Shown here: positions 15,223 to 24,119 of the stretch, piece by piece
Position numbering within the stretch: the stretch's first letter is position 1
How the letters are laid out: each line of letters starts with the position of its first letter
Program-made: the position numbers and the translations under genes
The notes under the pieces: model-generated
The model's database searches: none
What the model saw: the letters and a program-made list of their open reading frames with translations, nothing else
What the model was told of the DNA's origin: nothing
Assembly (NCBI GenBank): GCA_037481775.1
Contig: JBBFKZ010000013.1
Coordinates: 12,205 to 36,753 of the forward strand
Reading direction: 5' to 3'
DNA: 24,549 bases
Source of the DNA: Candidatus Bathyarchaeia archaeon
Lineage (GTDB): Archaea > Thermoproteota > Bathyarchaeia > Bathyarchaeales > Bathycorpusculaceae

Positions 15223-18200
15223 ATGGCTAGTGTACTTTCACCTTTGGAGTACGGTGCATTATATGCAGTTGTAGGCATCGCAATAATAGCCCTCGTCTAT
15301 GCTTTCTTCCTTCGAAAGCGAATTCTTAAGGAGCCAACAGCGGCTGGGCGTGTAAAGGAAGTTTGGGAAGGCATTCGCGCTGGAGCAAACGCCTATCTTC
15401 ATGTCCAATTCAAATCCATGCTGTTGCTCATTGGCTTCTTAGCAATTTTCCTCTACTTTTCCGCTTCGCTTGATAATAGCCCGCTTTTCGTGGCGATCGG
15501 CCGCGTCGGCGCCTTCCTTATGGGCACATTCTTCTCTGCCATGGTAGGCTACATCGGCATGAACATGGCTGTCCAAGGCAGCATACGCGTGGCTGAAGCA
15601 TCAAAGAAGGGATTTCGCGAAGCACTGCGTATTGCATACCGCACTGGCACAATCACGGGCATGCTTACAGACGGTTTAGGTCTGCTCGGCGGCGTCGCCA
15701 TCTTTCTCATATACGTTGACCACTCGCCCGATGTGCTGTTAGGCTTCGGTTTCGGAGGCACATTGCTGGCGCTTTTCATGCGAGTCGGCGGCGGCATCTA
15801 CACAAAAGCCGCTGACGTAGGCGCTGATCTCGTAGGCAAAGTTGAACGCGGCATCCCAGAAGACGACCCAAGGAATGCCGCGGTAGTCGCTGACCTTGTA
15901 GGCGATAACGTGGGCGACTGCGCAGGCATGGCTGCAGACATCTTTGAGTCTTACGAAGTGACAATGGTTTCAGCGCTAATACTTGGATTAGCCATCGCCA
16001 CGCAAGGCCCCATATTCGAGGCGAAATGGATTGTTTTCCCCATCCTAGTACGCGGCATCGGCGTCATCAGCACGCTCATCGGCACTTACATGGTAGCCAA
16101 GTGGCCTGACAAACTAACAAAAGGCGACGCCTTCAAAGCCATGGACTTATCATACGATCTTTCAAGCGTCATTTCCGCTGCATGTTTCCTTGTGCTATCC
16201 ATAGTGTACGTGAATGATATACGCGTGTTCCTTGCAACCACCGTAGGCATAATTCTTGCAATAAGCTTCAACAAACTCGCAGACTACTTCACCAACCCAA
16301 GCAGAAACCCTGTTGACGGCGTAGCAAAATCCAGCAAAACCGGTCCTGCAACTGTAATTTTGCAGGGTCTTGCACTTGGCTTCGAAAGCACCGTTTGGAC
16401 CATCTTCCTCATAGCTTTGACCATAGTCGTTTCCATGCTGATATGGACTGGTGCAGGCTTCTTATTCGCTTCCTATGGCATAGCGCTGGCAGGCATAGGC
16501 ATGTTGACGCAGACTGGAAACAACGTTGCCATGGACACCTTCGGTCCAATAGTTGACAACGCAAATGGCATAGGCGAAATGGCCGGGTTGCAGGGTCACT
16601 CAAGAAAGATCCTTGCAGACTTGGACGCATCAGGAAACACAACCAAGTCGGTGACGAAAGCCATAGCTATTGCCTCAGCAGTAGTAGCCGCCATCTCACT
16701 GTTCTCATCCTTCACAGAAACGGTGCATGTAAACCTCGACATAGCAACGGATCCGCTGGTCTTTGTAGGCCTACTAATAGGCGGTGCATTGCCCTTCCTG
16801 TTTAGCTTCATATCCATAAGAGCTGTGGGCAGAGCAGCAGGCAAGATCATCGAAGAAGTCAGAAAGCAATTCCGCATTCCAGGCGTAATTGAAGGCACCA
16901 AGCTGCCTGACTACGCCAAAGTCGTAGGCATCTGTACATCCGCGGCACAAAGAGAACTTGCAACCATAGCCATCATCGCTATCCTAACACCTCTAGCCGT
17001 GGGCTTAACCCTCAGCCCCTCAGCATGGGGCGGCTTCCTTGCAGGAGTAATCTTGACAGGACAACTTCTCGCTGTTTTCATGGCAAATTCTGGAGGCGCA
17101 TGGGATAACGCCAAGAAAAAGATTGAAGACGGATGCTACGGCGGCAAGGGCTCCGAAAGCCACAAGGCTTCAGTTATAGGCGACACGGTCGGCGACCCCT
17201 TGAAAGATACAGCTGGTCCCGCGTTGAACCCCATGATAAAAGTCATAAACCTTGTATCGCTTCTCTTTGCGGGCTCGATACTGGCTTTGAAGAATAGCTT
17301 CATAATTCAAGTGCCTATCCTAAACATCGAGATCCCAATAGTTGCTGCAGCGCTTGCGATAATTCTCGTCATCATAATAGGCGTAGCCATATTCTATAGT
17401 AAACGTGAGACAAAAGAAGAAGCGCAAATCCGCGACATAGACGCACCTATATTCGAAAACGTAATAGTCAATCCAAACCCGGTAATGGCAAATGCCCTCT
17501 TCATCGTAAATGGCGTTTTGGACGACTCAAGAACAGGAGGATCACGAATTGTTTCAGCAGAATACAGCTTTGACGGCGCCTCATGGTTCCCAATGGCTGC
17601 TGCCGATGGCAAGCTGGACACGCAGCTTGAGCAGTTAACCGCGAAAACCATGATTGAAAAACCAGGCATATATCCGCTTATAGTGCGCGGCGCAGACGAA
17701 ATGGGCAACGTAACCGCACAAGAATGCGGCACAATCATCGTTTATGATCCCGCTGCTGGCTCCGCGATCGGCGAAGGCTGGATTGAATCTCCTGAAGGCG
17801 CATACACAGAAAAGCCGCAAGCCGAAGGCAAAGCCACCTTCCAATTCACAGCTGGCTACCAGAAAGACACGGGTACACCTGTAGGTCAAGCTGAATTCGC
17901 ATTCCCCGCGGCAGAATTAACTTTCAGAAGTGAACGCCTCGATTGGCTCGTGATCACAGACAAAGCAGTGCACTTTACAGGAACAGGGCTGCTCAACGGC
18001 ACGAAAGAATGCGCCTTTGCGTTAATTGCAATGCCAGAAAATGCTGCAGAAGGCAAACCTGCAAAATTCCGGCTAACCCTCTGGGAAAAACAAACAGGTC
18101 AAGTAATCTATGACAGTGACTTAGGCAACCCTGACAGCGCCTATCCCATAACGAAAGTTGCCGGCGGCACCATAACCCTCAAGGCAAAGGCTCACAGTTC

Positions 18201-18252
18201 AGCTAAAAAGAAATCTCGTAAAGCCGATAGCACCGGCCAAAACGCAGATTAG
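15223..18252 (+). CDS. hppA: membrane-bound cation-translocating pyrophosphatase (K+-independent type) fused to C-terminal beta-sandwich domains
   Basis: GGGIYTKAADVGADLVGKVE, EDDPRN, DNVGDCAG, GNTTK, GGAWDNAKK and GDTVGDPLKDTAGP. 17 hydrophobic helices, then about 280 soluble residues. Confidence 0.97.
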   Translation: MASVLSPLEYGALYAVVGIAIIALVYAFFLRKRILKEPTAAGRVKEVWEGIRAGANAYLHVQFKSMLLLIGFLAIFLYFSASLDNSPLFVAIGRVGAFLMGTFFSAMVGYIGMNMAVQGSIRVAEASKKGFREALRIAYRTGTITGMLTDGLGLLGGVAIFLIYVDHSPDVLLGFGFGGTLLALFMRVGGGIYTKAADVGADLVGKVERGIPEDDPRNAAVVADLVGDNVGDCAGMAADIFESYEVTMVSALILGLAIATQGPIFEAKWIVFPILVRGIGVISTLIGTYMVAKWPDKLTKGDAFKAMDLSYDLSSVISAACFLVLSIVYVNDIRVFLATTVGIILAISFNKLADYFTNPSRNPVDGVAKSSKTGPATVILQGLALGFESTVWTIFLIALTIVVSMLIWTGAGFLFASYGIALAGIGMLTQTGNNVAMDTFGPIVDNANGIGEMAGLQGHSRKILADLDASGNTTKSVTKAIAIASAVVAAISLFSSFTETVHVNLDIATDPLVFVGLLIGGALPFLFSFISIRAVGRAAGKIIEEVRKQFRIPGVIEGTKLPDYAKVVGICTSAAQRELATIAIIAILTPLAVGLTLSPSAWGGFLAGVILTGQLLAVFMANSGGAWDNAKKKIEDGCYGGKGSESHKASVIGDTVGDPLKDTAGPALNPMIKVINLVSLLFAGSILALKNSFIIQVPILNIEIPIVAAALAIILVIIIGVAIFYSKRETKEEAQIRDIDAPIFENVIVNPNPVMANALFIVNGVLDDSRTGGSRIVSAEYSFDGASWFPMAAADGKLDTQLEQLTAKTMIEKPGIYPLIVRGADEMGNVTAQECGTIIVYDPAAGSAIGEGWIESPEGAYTEKPQAEGKATFQFTAGYQKDTGTPVGQAEFAFPAAELTFRSERLDWLVITDKAVHFTGTGLLNGTKECAFALIAMPENAAEGKPAKFRLTLWEKQTGQVIYDSDLGNPDSAYPITKVAGGTITLKAKAHSSAKKKSRKADSTGQNAD

Positions 18253-18428
18253 CAGCCAACGCTTAACCATCTGAAACCCATATTTTTTCTTTAATTTCAA
18301 ATAGGCAAACAAAGCTATATTTCTGCATCCGACTGAATCTTGCGCATAAAGTGCTGCGTAAAGGCTCTTTCGCTGCCGCAGATTTCATATATTGGCGAGA
18401 AAGCCCGCGTTCTTTAGACGTGGGAGTG

Positions 18429-20411
18429 TCACAAGATCAGTGCTAAAAGTCGGAAGGCAACTCCTCCCAAGAGTATCGCGAATACAATTTCGAATATTGT
18501 TATAAGAAGCGCCTTCTTCAAACTGAACTCCTTGACCAGCGCCGCTATGGTTGCTATGCATGGAATATAGAACATTGCCACCAAAGTGAAAACAACCATC
18601 TGCACTGGCGTCAGCACTTGGGCGAAGTTGGTTGTTCCCAGAAGCGTTGCCAGCATAACCAGCGAAAGCTCTTTTCTCAGCACGCCAAATATCAGCGTTA
18701 TCCCCGTGATGGCGGGCAAGCCTAGCCACGCTACGGTTATGGGGCTTAGCGCTGCGGCTACGGGCTCCAGTAATCCGGCCACTTCCGCAAGCTTCAGCGC
18801 GAGGCTTCCAGCAATTATCAGTGGAAAAGCTATTTTTATAAATTCAGCCACTCTAAACCAAGTTTGCTTCAGTATGGTTTTAACGTGCGGCCACCGGTAG
18901 TCATGCATTTCCATGATTAGCGCCGTGGGTTCGCCGGGAACGACTTTGAACGCCAATCGGCCAAGCAAGAAGATTATCAGGAAGTTGAAGAGGTAAAGTG
19001 CCAGTGCCCAGTGGATGCCTAAAAAGTTGCCTACGAGGCCGAGTATGATGACGGTGGTTGCAGCGCACGGCACAAGAGTCGTGACAAACGCGGCGAGCAA
19101 CTTTTCCCGCTGAGTTTCCATTATTCTGCATCCCAAGCAAGCGGGCACGTTGCAGCCGAAGCCGAGCATGAGTGGGATGAATGCTTTTCCATGCAGGCCC
19201 ATTTTGTGCATGATGTTGTCCATTAGGAATGCGATACGGCTTAGGTATCCCGAGTTTTCTAGGAAATAGAGTATGAGGTAAAAGGGAATTATGTAAGGCA
19301 AGACTATTGTGATTCCCGCGATGAGGCCCTGAATGACGCCGCCCCAAAGCAAATCGGCGGCGATTCCTGTTCCGAAAGCGCCTGTTACAAGCGGCTCTAA
19401 GCTGTAGAGCAGATCGCTAAGTAAGCCTGAAGTGTAATCTCCGAAAGTGAATATGCCGTAGAAAATTAGCACCAGCGAAAAAATCATTGTCACGTAGCCT
19501 GTTACTTTATGAGTTGTAAAGTTATGCAGGCGTTCTCCTAAAGTGGGCTTTATGGGCGGCACTATTGACTGCACCGATCTAGCTATACAGCCGGCTGCCT
19601 CATAGCGCTCAGAAGTTATCACAGTTGAGCATCCGTGACCATGAAGATGCTCAATTTCTGCTGCAAGCTTCCTTGCCATAGCAACTACTTGCGGTGCTAC
19701 CCGTTTAATCTCTCGTTCTATTTCCTCATCTCCTTCCAGCAGCTTGATAGCCGTGTACCGCCTTGGATAGACAAACTCAACATCCTTCATTGCATCCGCA
19801 AGTAAGCTGATTTTTTCTTCTATTTCCTCGCCATACCATATCTGAGTGGGCTTTCTCCCCGGTTTCGTTTCACCCACTTCAATGGCTTTCTCTAGGAGCT
19901 TGTCGATGCCTATGCCTTTCACAGCGATTGTTGGCACAACGGGTACTCCCAAAACTTGCTCCATCTTTCGAATGTCTACATGGATTCCCTTGCTTTTTGC
20001 GATGTCCATCTGGTTCAGCGCAATAATCATCGGCGTTTCCAGTTCCATAAGCTGTAAAGTGAAGAAGAGGTTTCGCTCAAGCACCGAGGCGTCTACAACA
20101 TTTATAACCACGTCTGGCCGCTCAACTGCTATGTATTTTCTTGAGATTACTTCCTCAAGCGAATATGTGGAAAGCGAGTATATTCCTGGCAGATCCACAA
20201 CATCTATTGTGTAACCTTTGAACTGAAGAGTTCCTTCTGCTTTTTCAACTGTTTTTCCCGGCCAGTTGCCTATGTGCTGATGTAAACCAGTTAAGTGATT
20301 AAAAATCACAGATTTGCCGACGTTAGCGTTTCCAGCTAAGGCTATCTTAAGGTGTCGGCTGCCTTTTTGGCTTATGCACTCCTTGTTTGATGGGCAAGAG
20401 TGGAATGCCAT
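18429..20411 (-). CDS. feoB: ferrous iron transporter B
   Basis: G1 GNANVGKS, G2 GNWPGKTVE, G3 DLPG, G4 NQMD, then ENSGYLSR, GFGCNVPA, FYIPCIAT and multiple TM helices. Confidence 0.97.
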   Translation of the reverse strand: MAFHSCPSNKECISQKGSRHLKIALAGNANVGKSVIFNHLTGLHQHIGNWPGKTVEKAEGTLQFKGYTIDVVDLPGIYSLSTYSLEEVISRKYIAVERPDVVINVVDASVLERNLFFTLQLMELETPMIIALNQMDIAKSKGIHVDIRKMEQVLGVPVVPTIAVKGIGIDKLLEKAIEVGETKPGRKPTQIWYGEEIEEKISLLADAMKDVEFVYPRRYTAIKLLEGDEEIEREIKRVAPQVVAMARKLAAEIEHLHGHGCSTVITSERYEAAGCIARSVQSIVPPIKPTLGERLHNFTTHKVTGYVTMIFSLVLIFYGIFTFGDYTSGLLSDLLYSLEPLVTGAFGTGIAADLLWGGVIQGLIAGITIVLPYIIPFYLILYFLENSGYLSRIAFLMDNIMHKMGLHGKAFIPLMLGFGCNVPACLGCRIMETQREKLLAAFVTTLVPCAATTVIILGLVGNFLGIHWALALYLFNFLIIFLLGRLAFKVVPGEPTALIMEMHDYRWPHVKTILKQTWFRVAEFIKIAFPLIIAGSLALKLAEVAGLLEPVAAALSPITVAWLGLPAITGITLIFGVLRKELSLVMLATLLGTTNFAQVLTPVQMVVFTLVAMFYIPCIATIAALVKEFSLKKALLITIFEIVFAILLGGVAFRLLALIL

Positions 20412-20424
20412 AAAAGTTCACCTG

Positions 20425-21147
20425 TTAGCTTGATGCGTTTTCTGGTTCCACAAAAATTTTTGAGGCCACGCCTTTCCCGATGGCAAGTTTTGAATCCCGC
20501 ACCGCCAGCTCTACGGGTCCTCCCAGCGGCGCGATTCTGACGACACATATTCTTGTACCCGGCGTAAGCCCCATGTCCAGAAGGCGCTGAACCATGTTGC
20601 GGCCGCCTCTGATGAAGACGATTTTGCCGTGCTGTCCCTCTTTTAGGCTGCTTATAGCGACTAGTCTTTGATCATGTTTTCCCGTTTCTTCTAGGCCTTT
20701 TTCATGTAGTTGTAGGCATTCGGCGCAGCTTTCTATCTGGAGATCGCATGGCGGAATCATTTTTCCATCGTCTGGGCATCGATCGGGATGCTTTAGGAAT
20801 CTGCATAGCGATTCTTCTGCTTCGTCCGAAAGTGAATGCTCCATCTCGCATGCTTGGCTGTGGACTTTTTCTTTGTCAATTTTCAAAATGTCATGTAGAA
20901 AGCGTTCTAGTAAGCGGTGTTTCCGAGCTATTTTTTCAGCGATTTGGCGGCCTTCATTTGTTAGGTTTGTTCCGTGGTATGGTGAATATGTAATGTAGCC
21001 TTTGTTGGCGAGTTTTTTTAGCATCTCAGTTACGCTGGCTGGCGCGATTCGTAGTACTTGTGAAATTTTTGTGGTGCTTACTGCTTTTCCGTTTTGGGAT
21101 AGGTCGTATATTGTTTTTAGGTAATCTTCGCTGCTTTTGTGTGGCAT
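20425..21147 (-). CDS. DtxR/IdeR/MntR-family metal-dependent repressor with C-terminal FeoA domain
   Basis: EDYLKTIY, PASVTEMLKKL, RKHRLLERFL and ACEMEH, then FeoA-like RLLDMGLTPG..APLGGPV. GGTGA SD. Confidence 0.95.
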   Translation of the reverse strand: MPHKSSEDYLKTIYDLSQNGKAVSTTKISQVLRIAPASVTEMLKKLANKGYITYSPYHGTNLTNEGRQIAEKIARKHRLLERFLHDILKIDKEKVHSQACEMEHSLSDEAEESLCRFLKHPDRCPDDGKMIPPCDLQIESCAECLQLHEKGLEETGKHDQRLVAISSLKEGQHGKIVFIRGGRNMVQRLLDMGLTPGTRICVVRIAPLGGPVELAVRDSKLAIGKGVASKIFVEPENASS

Positions 21148-21159
21148 ATGCTCACCAAT

Positions 21160-21175
21160 TTTAGGCGTGCCTAAA
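21160..21175. promoter_or_regulatory. DtxR-family operator 1
   Basis: Perfect inverted repeat TTTAGGC-GT-GCCTAAA at the predicted transcription start of dtxR-feoB. Confidence 0.85.
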
Positions 21176-21205
21176 TTGAGGATGCCGCTTATGCTCCTAA
21201 TAAAC

Positions 21206-21223
21206 TTTTAGGCACACCTAAAA
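21206..21223. promoter_or_regulatory. DtxR-family operator 2
   Basis: Perfect inverted repeat TTTTAGG-CACA-CCTAAAA overlapping the BRE of the minus-strand TATA box (TTTATTA, 21198-21204). Confidence 0.85.
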
Positions 21224-21355
21224 ATCAAGCATCATGCCCAATTAAAAGAAAACAAACACAACTTCGTCCCTCATCCTTCCTATAAGGCAAACACGCTAGT
21301 AAGGGCTAAATATTTCCAAGTCTATTTCGGTTGCGTCAAAGAGGGAACAAACAAG

Positions 21356-22699
21356 ATGGATGACTTTGGGGAACTCTTCCTCAAACTAGTCGACGCAACT
21401 CGCAAGCATGAGCAATACCGCGACGTAGAATGTATAAACCTAATCGCCAGCGAAGGCCTTAAGTCGCCAGCCGTAAAGCAAGCGCTCAGTTTAGCCTCCG
21501 ACTTAGAGGGCAGATATGCAGAAGGTGAAAACGACCTAGAAGGCCATGTTAAAAAGCGCTATTACCAAGGTCAAAAGTACATGTCTCAAATAGAAGATTA
21601 CACAACAGATCTCATGAAAAAACTGTTTAATTGTACATGGGCCGATGTGCGCCTAGTTTCTGGCACCCACGCCAACCTAGCTACCTTCAAAGGCTTATCT
21701 ACAACGGCAAAAAACCGGAAAATGGTTGTTACGCCGTTAAGTTGCGGAGCCCACATATCTCACGACTATGCAGGGCTCGCGGGCTCAGTTCTCGGGCTTG
21801 AAAACATAAATCACGTTTATAATATAGAAGAATTCAATATAGACCCAGAAAAATCCGCTCATGTGATAAGAGCCGCCAAACCTGGTATAGTGACCTTTGG
21901 CGGTAGCCTCTTCTTGTTTCCGCATCCTGTTAAAGAGTTGAAAGCCGTGGCTGAGGAAGTCGGTGCGTACGTAGCCTACGATGCATCCCATGTGCTAGGC
22001 CTCATCGCCGGCGGTGTCTTCCAAGATCCATTCAGCGAAGGTGTCGACATCATAACTTCCTCGACACACAAAACTTTCCCTGGACCACAGGGCGGCGTTA
22101 TACTTGGAAACGCAAAGGACGCACGAATGGAAAAAGCAATAAAAGCCATTCAATTCGCCATCTTCCCCCTCAGCGCTTCAAACACTCACTTGGGCCGATT
22201 ACCTGCGCTCGGCGTAGCCGCATTGGAAATGAAGCTTTTCGGCGCGGAGCTGGCGAGGCGGATAGTGAAGAATGCACAGACCGCAGGGCAATACTTGTAT
22301 GAGCACGGCATCAAGGTCCTATGTGAGAAAAAGGGCTTTACGCAGTCGCATCAGATAGCCGTGGATGTCTCCGATTTCGGTGGCGGCAAGAAGGTAGCGC
22401 AGGACCTTGAGGACGCCAACATAATCTTGAATAAGAATCTGTTACCCTACAATAATCAGAATGACCGTGATAACCCGTCAGGCTTGCGCATAGGCTTCCA
22501 GGACGTTACAAGGCGCGGCTTCAGAGAAAGCGAGATAAAACACTTATGCGATCTAATGATCAGTGTAATTAAGGGTAAGCGTAAACCAGCTGAAGTCAAA
22601 GAGGACGTTATCGCATTTAAAAAAGAATTCAACCAGGTGAAATACGGCTTCCAAAGCTTGGAAGAGGCAATAGCCTATTTGCAAAAAAGCTTGGGATAG
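21356..22699 (+). CDS. glyA: serine hydroxymethyltransferase (archaeal type)
   Basis: INLIASE, RYAEG..RYYQG, GAHISH, YDASHVLGLIAGG, the PLP-lysine motif STHKTFPGPQGG, NKNLLP and SGLRIG. Confidence 0.96.
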   Translation: MDDFGELFLKLVDATRKHEQYRDVECINLIASEGLKSPAVKQALSLASDLEGRYAEGENDLEGHVKKRYYQGQKYMSQIEDYTTDLMKKLFNCTWADVRLVSGTHANLATFKGLSTTAKNRKMVVTPLSCGAHISHDYAGLAGSVLGLENINHVYNIEEFNIDPEKSAHVIRAAKPGIVTFGGSLFLFPHPVKELKAVAEEVGAYVAYDASHVLGLIAGGVFQDPFSEGVDIITSSTHKTFPGPQGGVILGNAKDARMEKAIKAIQFAIFPLSASNTHLGRLPALGVAALEMKLFGAELARRIVKNAQTAGQYLYEHGIKVLCEKKGFTQSHQIAVDVSDFGGGKKVAQDLEDANIILNKNLLPYNNQNDRDNPSGLRIGFQDVTRRGFRESEIKHLCDLMISVIKGKRKPAEVKEDVIAFKKEFNQVKYGFQSLEEAIAYLQKSLG

Positions 22700-22740
22700 A
22701 CGCGGACCCACAGCCTAATTGAAAATGGGGATGTAATAAA

Positions 22741-23925
22741 ATGAAAGTCTTACTGAACGATGGGCTAGAACAAGAGGGTATACAATTATTTGAGGCGCTT
22801 GGAATAAAAACGGACACAAAAAAGCGCGATTCAAGCCAGCTGATCAAGGATGTAGGCGACTTTGATGCTTTAGTCGTAAGAAGCGCCACCAAAGTTACCC
22901 GCGAAGTTATCGAAGCAGGCGCTAAAGGCAGGCTGAAGATTATCGGGAGAGCAGGCGTCGGCTACGACAACATCGACGTGGCTGCAGCATCAGAAAACGG
23001 CATCGTCGTAAAGTCCGCGCCTTACGGAAACACCAACGCAGTGGCGGAATTAACCATACTTTTAATGCTTGACATTTCAAGGCATGTCTCTCAAGCGCAT
23101 CACTCGCTGAAAAATGGAATTTGGGAAAAAGCCAAGTTTAGAGGAACAGAAATTTCCCATAAAACACTAGGCATACTCGGTTGTGGGAGAATTGGGCAGC
23201 GGGTCGCCGAAATAGCCCGCCGTGGCTTCGACATGGACATTATAGGCTATGACGTGAGGCCTTGCGCTACTTCAATCATAAAATTCATGTCCAAAGAAGA
23301 AGTGCTGTCCAAAGCTGACTATGTGAGCATACACACTGGTGGCTCTGAGGTTATAGTGGATGAAAGAGAGCTTAGATTGATGAAGCCAACAGCCTACCTC
23401 ATTAACACTTCAAGAGGCGCTAACATCGATGAGGCCGCATTATACAAAGCGCTGAAAGAACGGCGAATTGCAGGGGCAGCGCTCGACGTGTATGCAGTGG
23501 AACCTAAAGCTGATGGTGCAGAATTCAGGAGCAAACTGCGAGAGCTTGACAACGTAATTTTCAGTTCGCATCTGGGCGCTTCAACCATCGAGGCGCAAAA
23601 GGAAACTTCCCTCGAAATCGCCCGTGCTGTAGCAGGCTACCTGCTAGGCGGAGACTTCGCTAATGCAGTAAACGCGGGAGAAAGCATAGAGCTTGAAGAG
23701 AAACCCGTTTATACCCTCTTCATCCATCATCGTGATGTTCCAGGCGTCTTCGCCAAAATCGACAAAGTCCTAGCTGACAACAACATAAACATCCGCGCAA
23801 ACTACTCAAGACAAATTGGAAGCGGCGGCTACGCGGTTTCAGTTTATGTGCTGCATCAGTGCGTCACGCCCGAGATTATAGAAACGCTGAAAAAAATCGA
23901 GAACGTCTGCAGCGTAAAAACATAA
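22741..23925 (+). CDS. serA: D-3-phosphoglycerate dehydrogenase with C-terminal ACT domain
   Basis: VRSATKV, GRAGVGYDNID, GCGRIG, INTSRG, ALDVYAVEP and SHLGASTIEAQ, then ACT domain HHRDVPGVFAKI..NINI. Confidence 0.92.
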   Translation: MKVLLNDGLEQEGIQLFEALGIKTDTKKRDSSQLIKDVGDFDALVVRSATKVTREVIEAGAKGRLKIIGRAGVGYDNIDVAAASENGIVVKSAPYGNTNAVAELTILLMLDISRHVSQAHHSLKNGIWEKAKFRGTEISHKTLGILGCGRIGQRVAEIARRGFDMDIIGYDVRPCATSIIKFMSKEEVLSKADYVSIHTGGSEVIVDERELRLMKPTAYLINTSRGANIDEAALYKALKERRIAGAALDVYAVEPKADGAEFRSKLRELDNVIFSSHLGASTIEAQKETSLEIARAVAGYLLGGDFANAVNAGESIELEEKPVYTLFIHHRDVPGVFAKIDKVLADNNINIRANYSRQIGSGGYAVSVYVLHQCVTPEIIETLKKIENVCSVKT

Positions 23926-24119
23926 CACATGATATAAAGTGCCAAAAAGGACGTGACAACCGCTTTTCGTAAACTCTCCCGTTTTTGTTCTAAAAGTGAT
24001 TTGACTTTTTTCTTCTTTAATAGTTTTCCAGCTTTTGGATGCATCGCAAAAATTTATTGCGCTTCTTTGGTTACAAAGTAGCATACGTATATAAGCGTAT
24101 TTCTTTCTAGGAATAGTTA

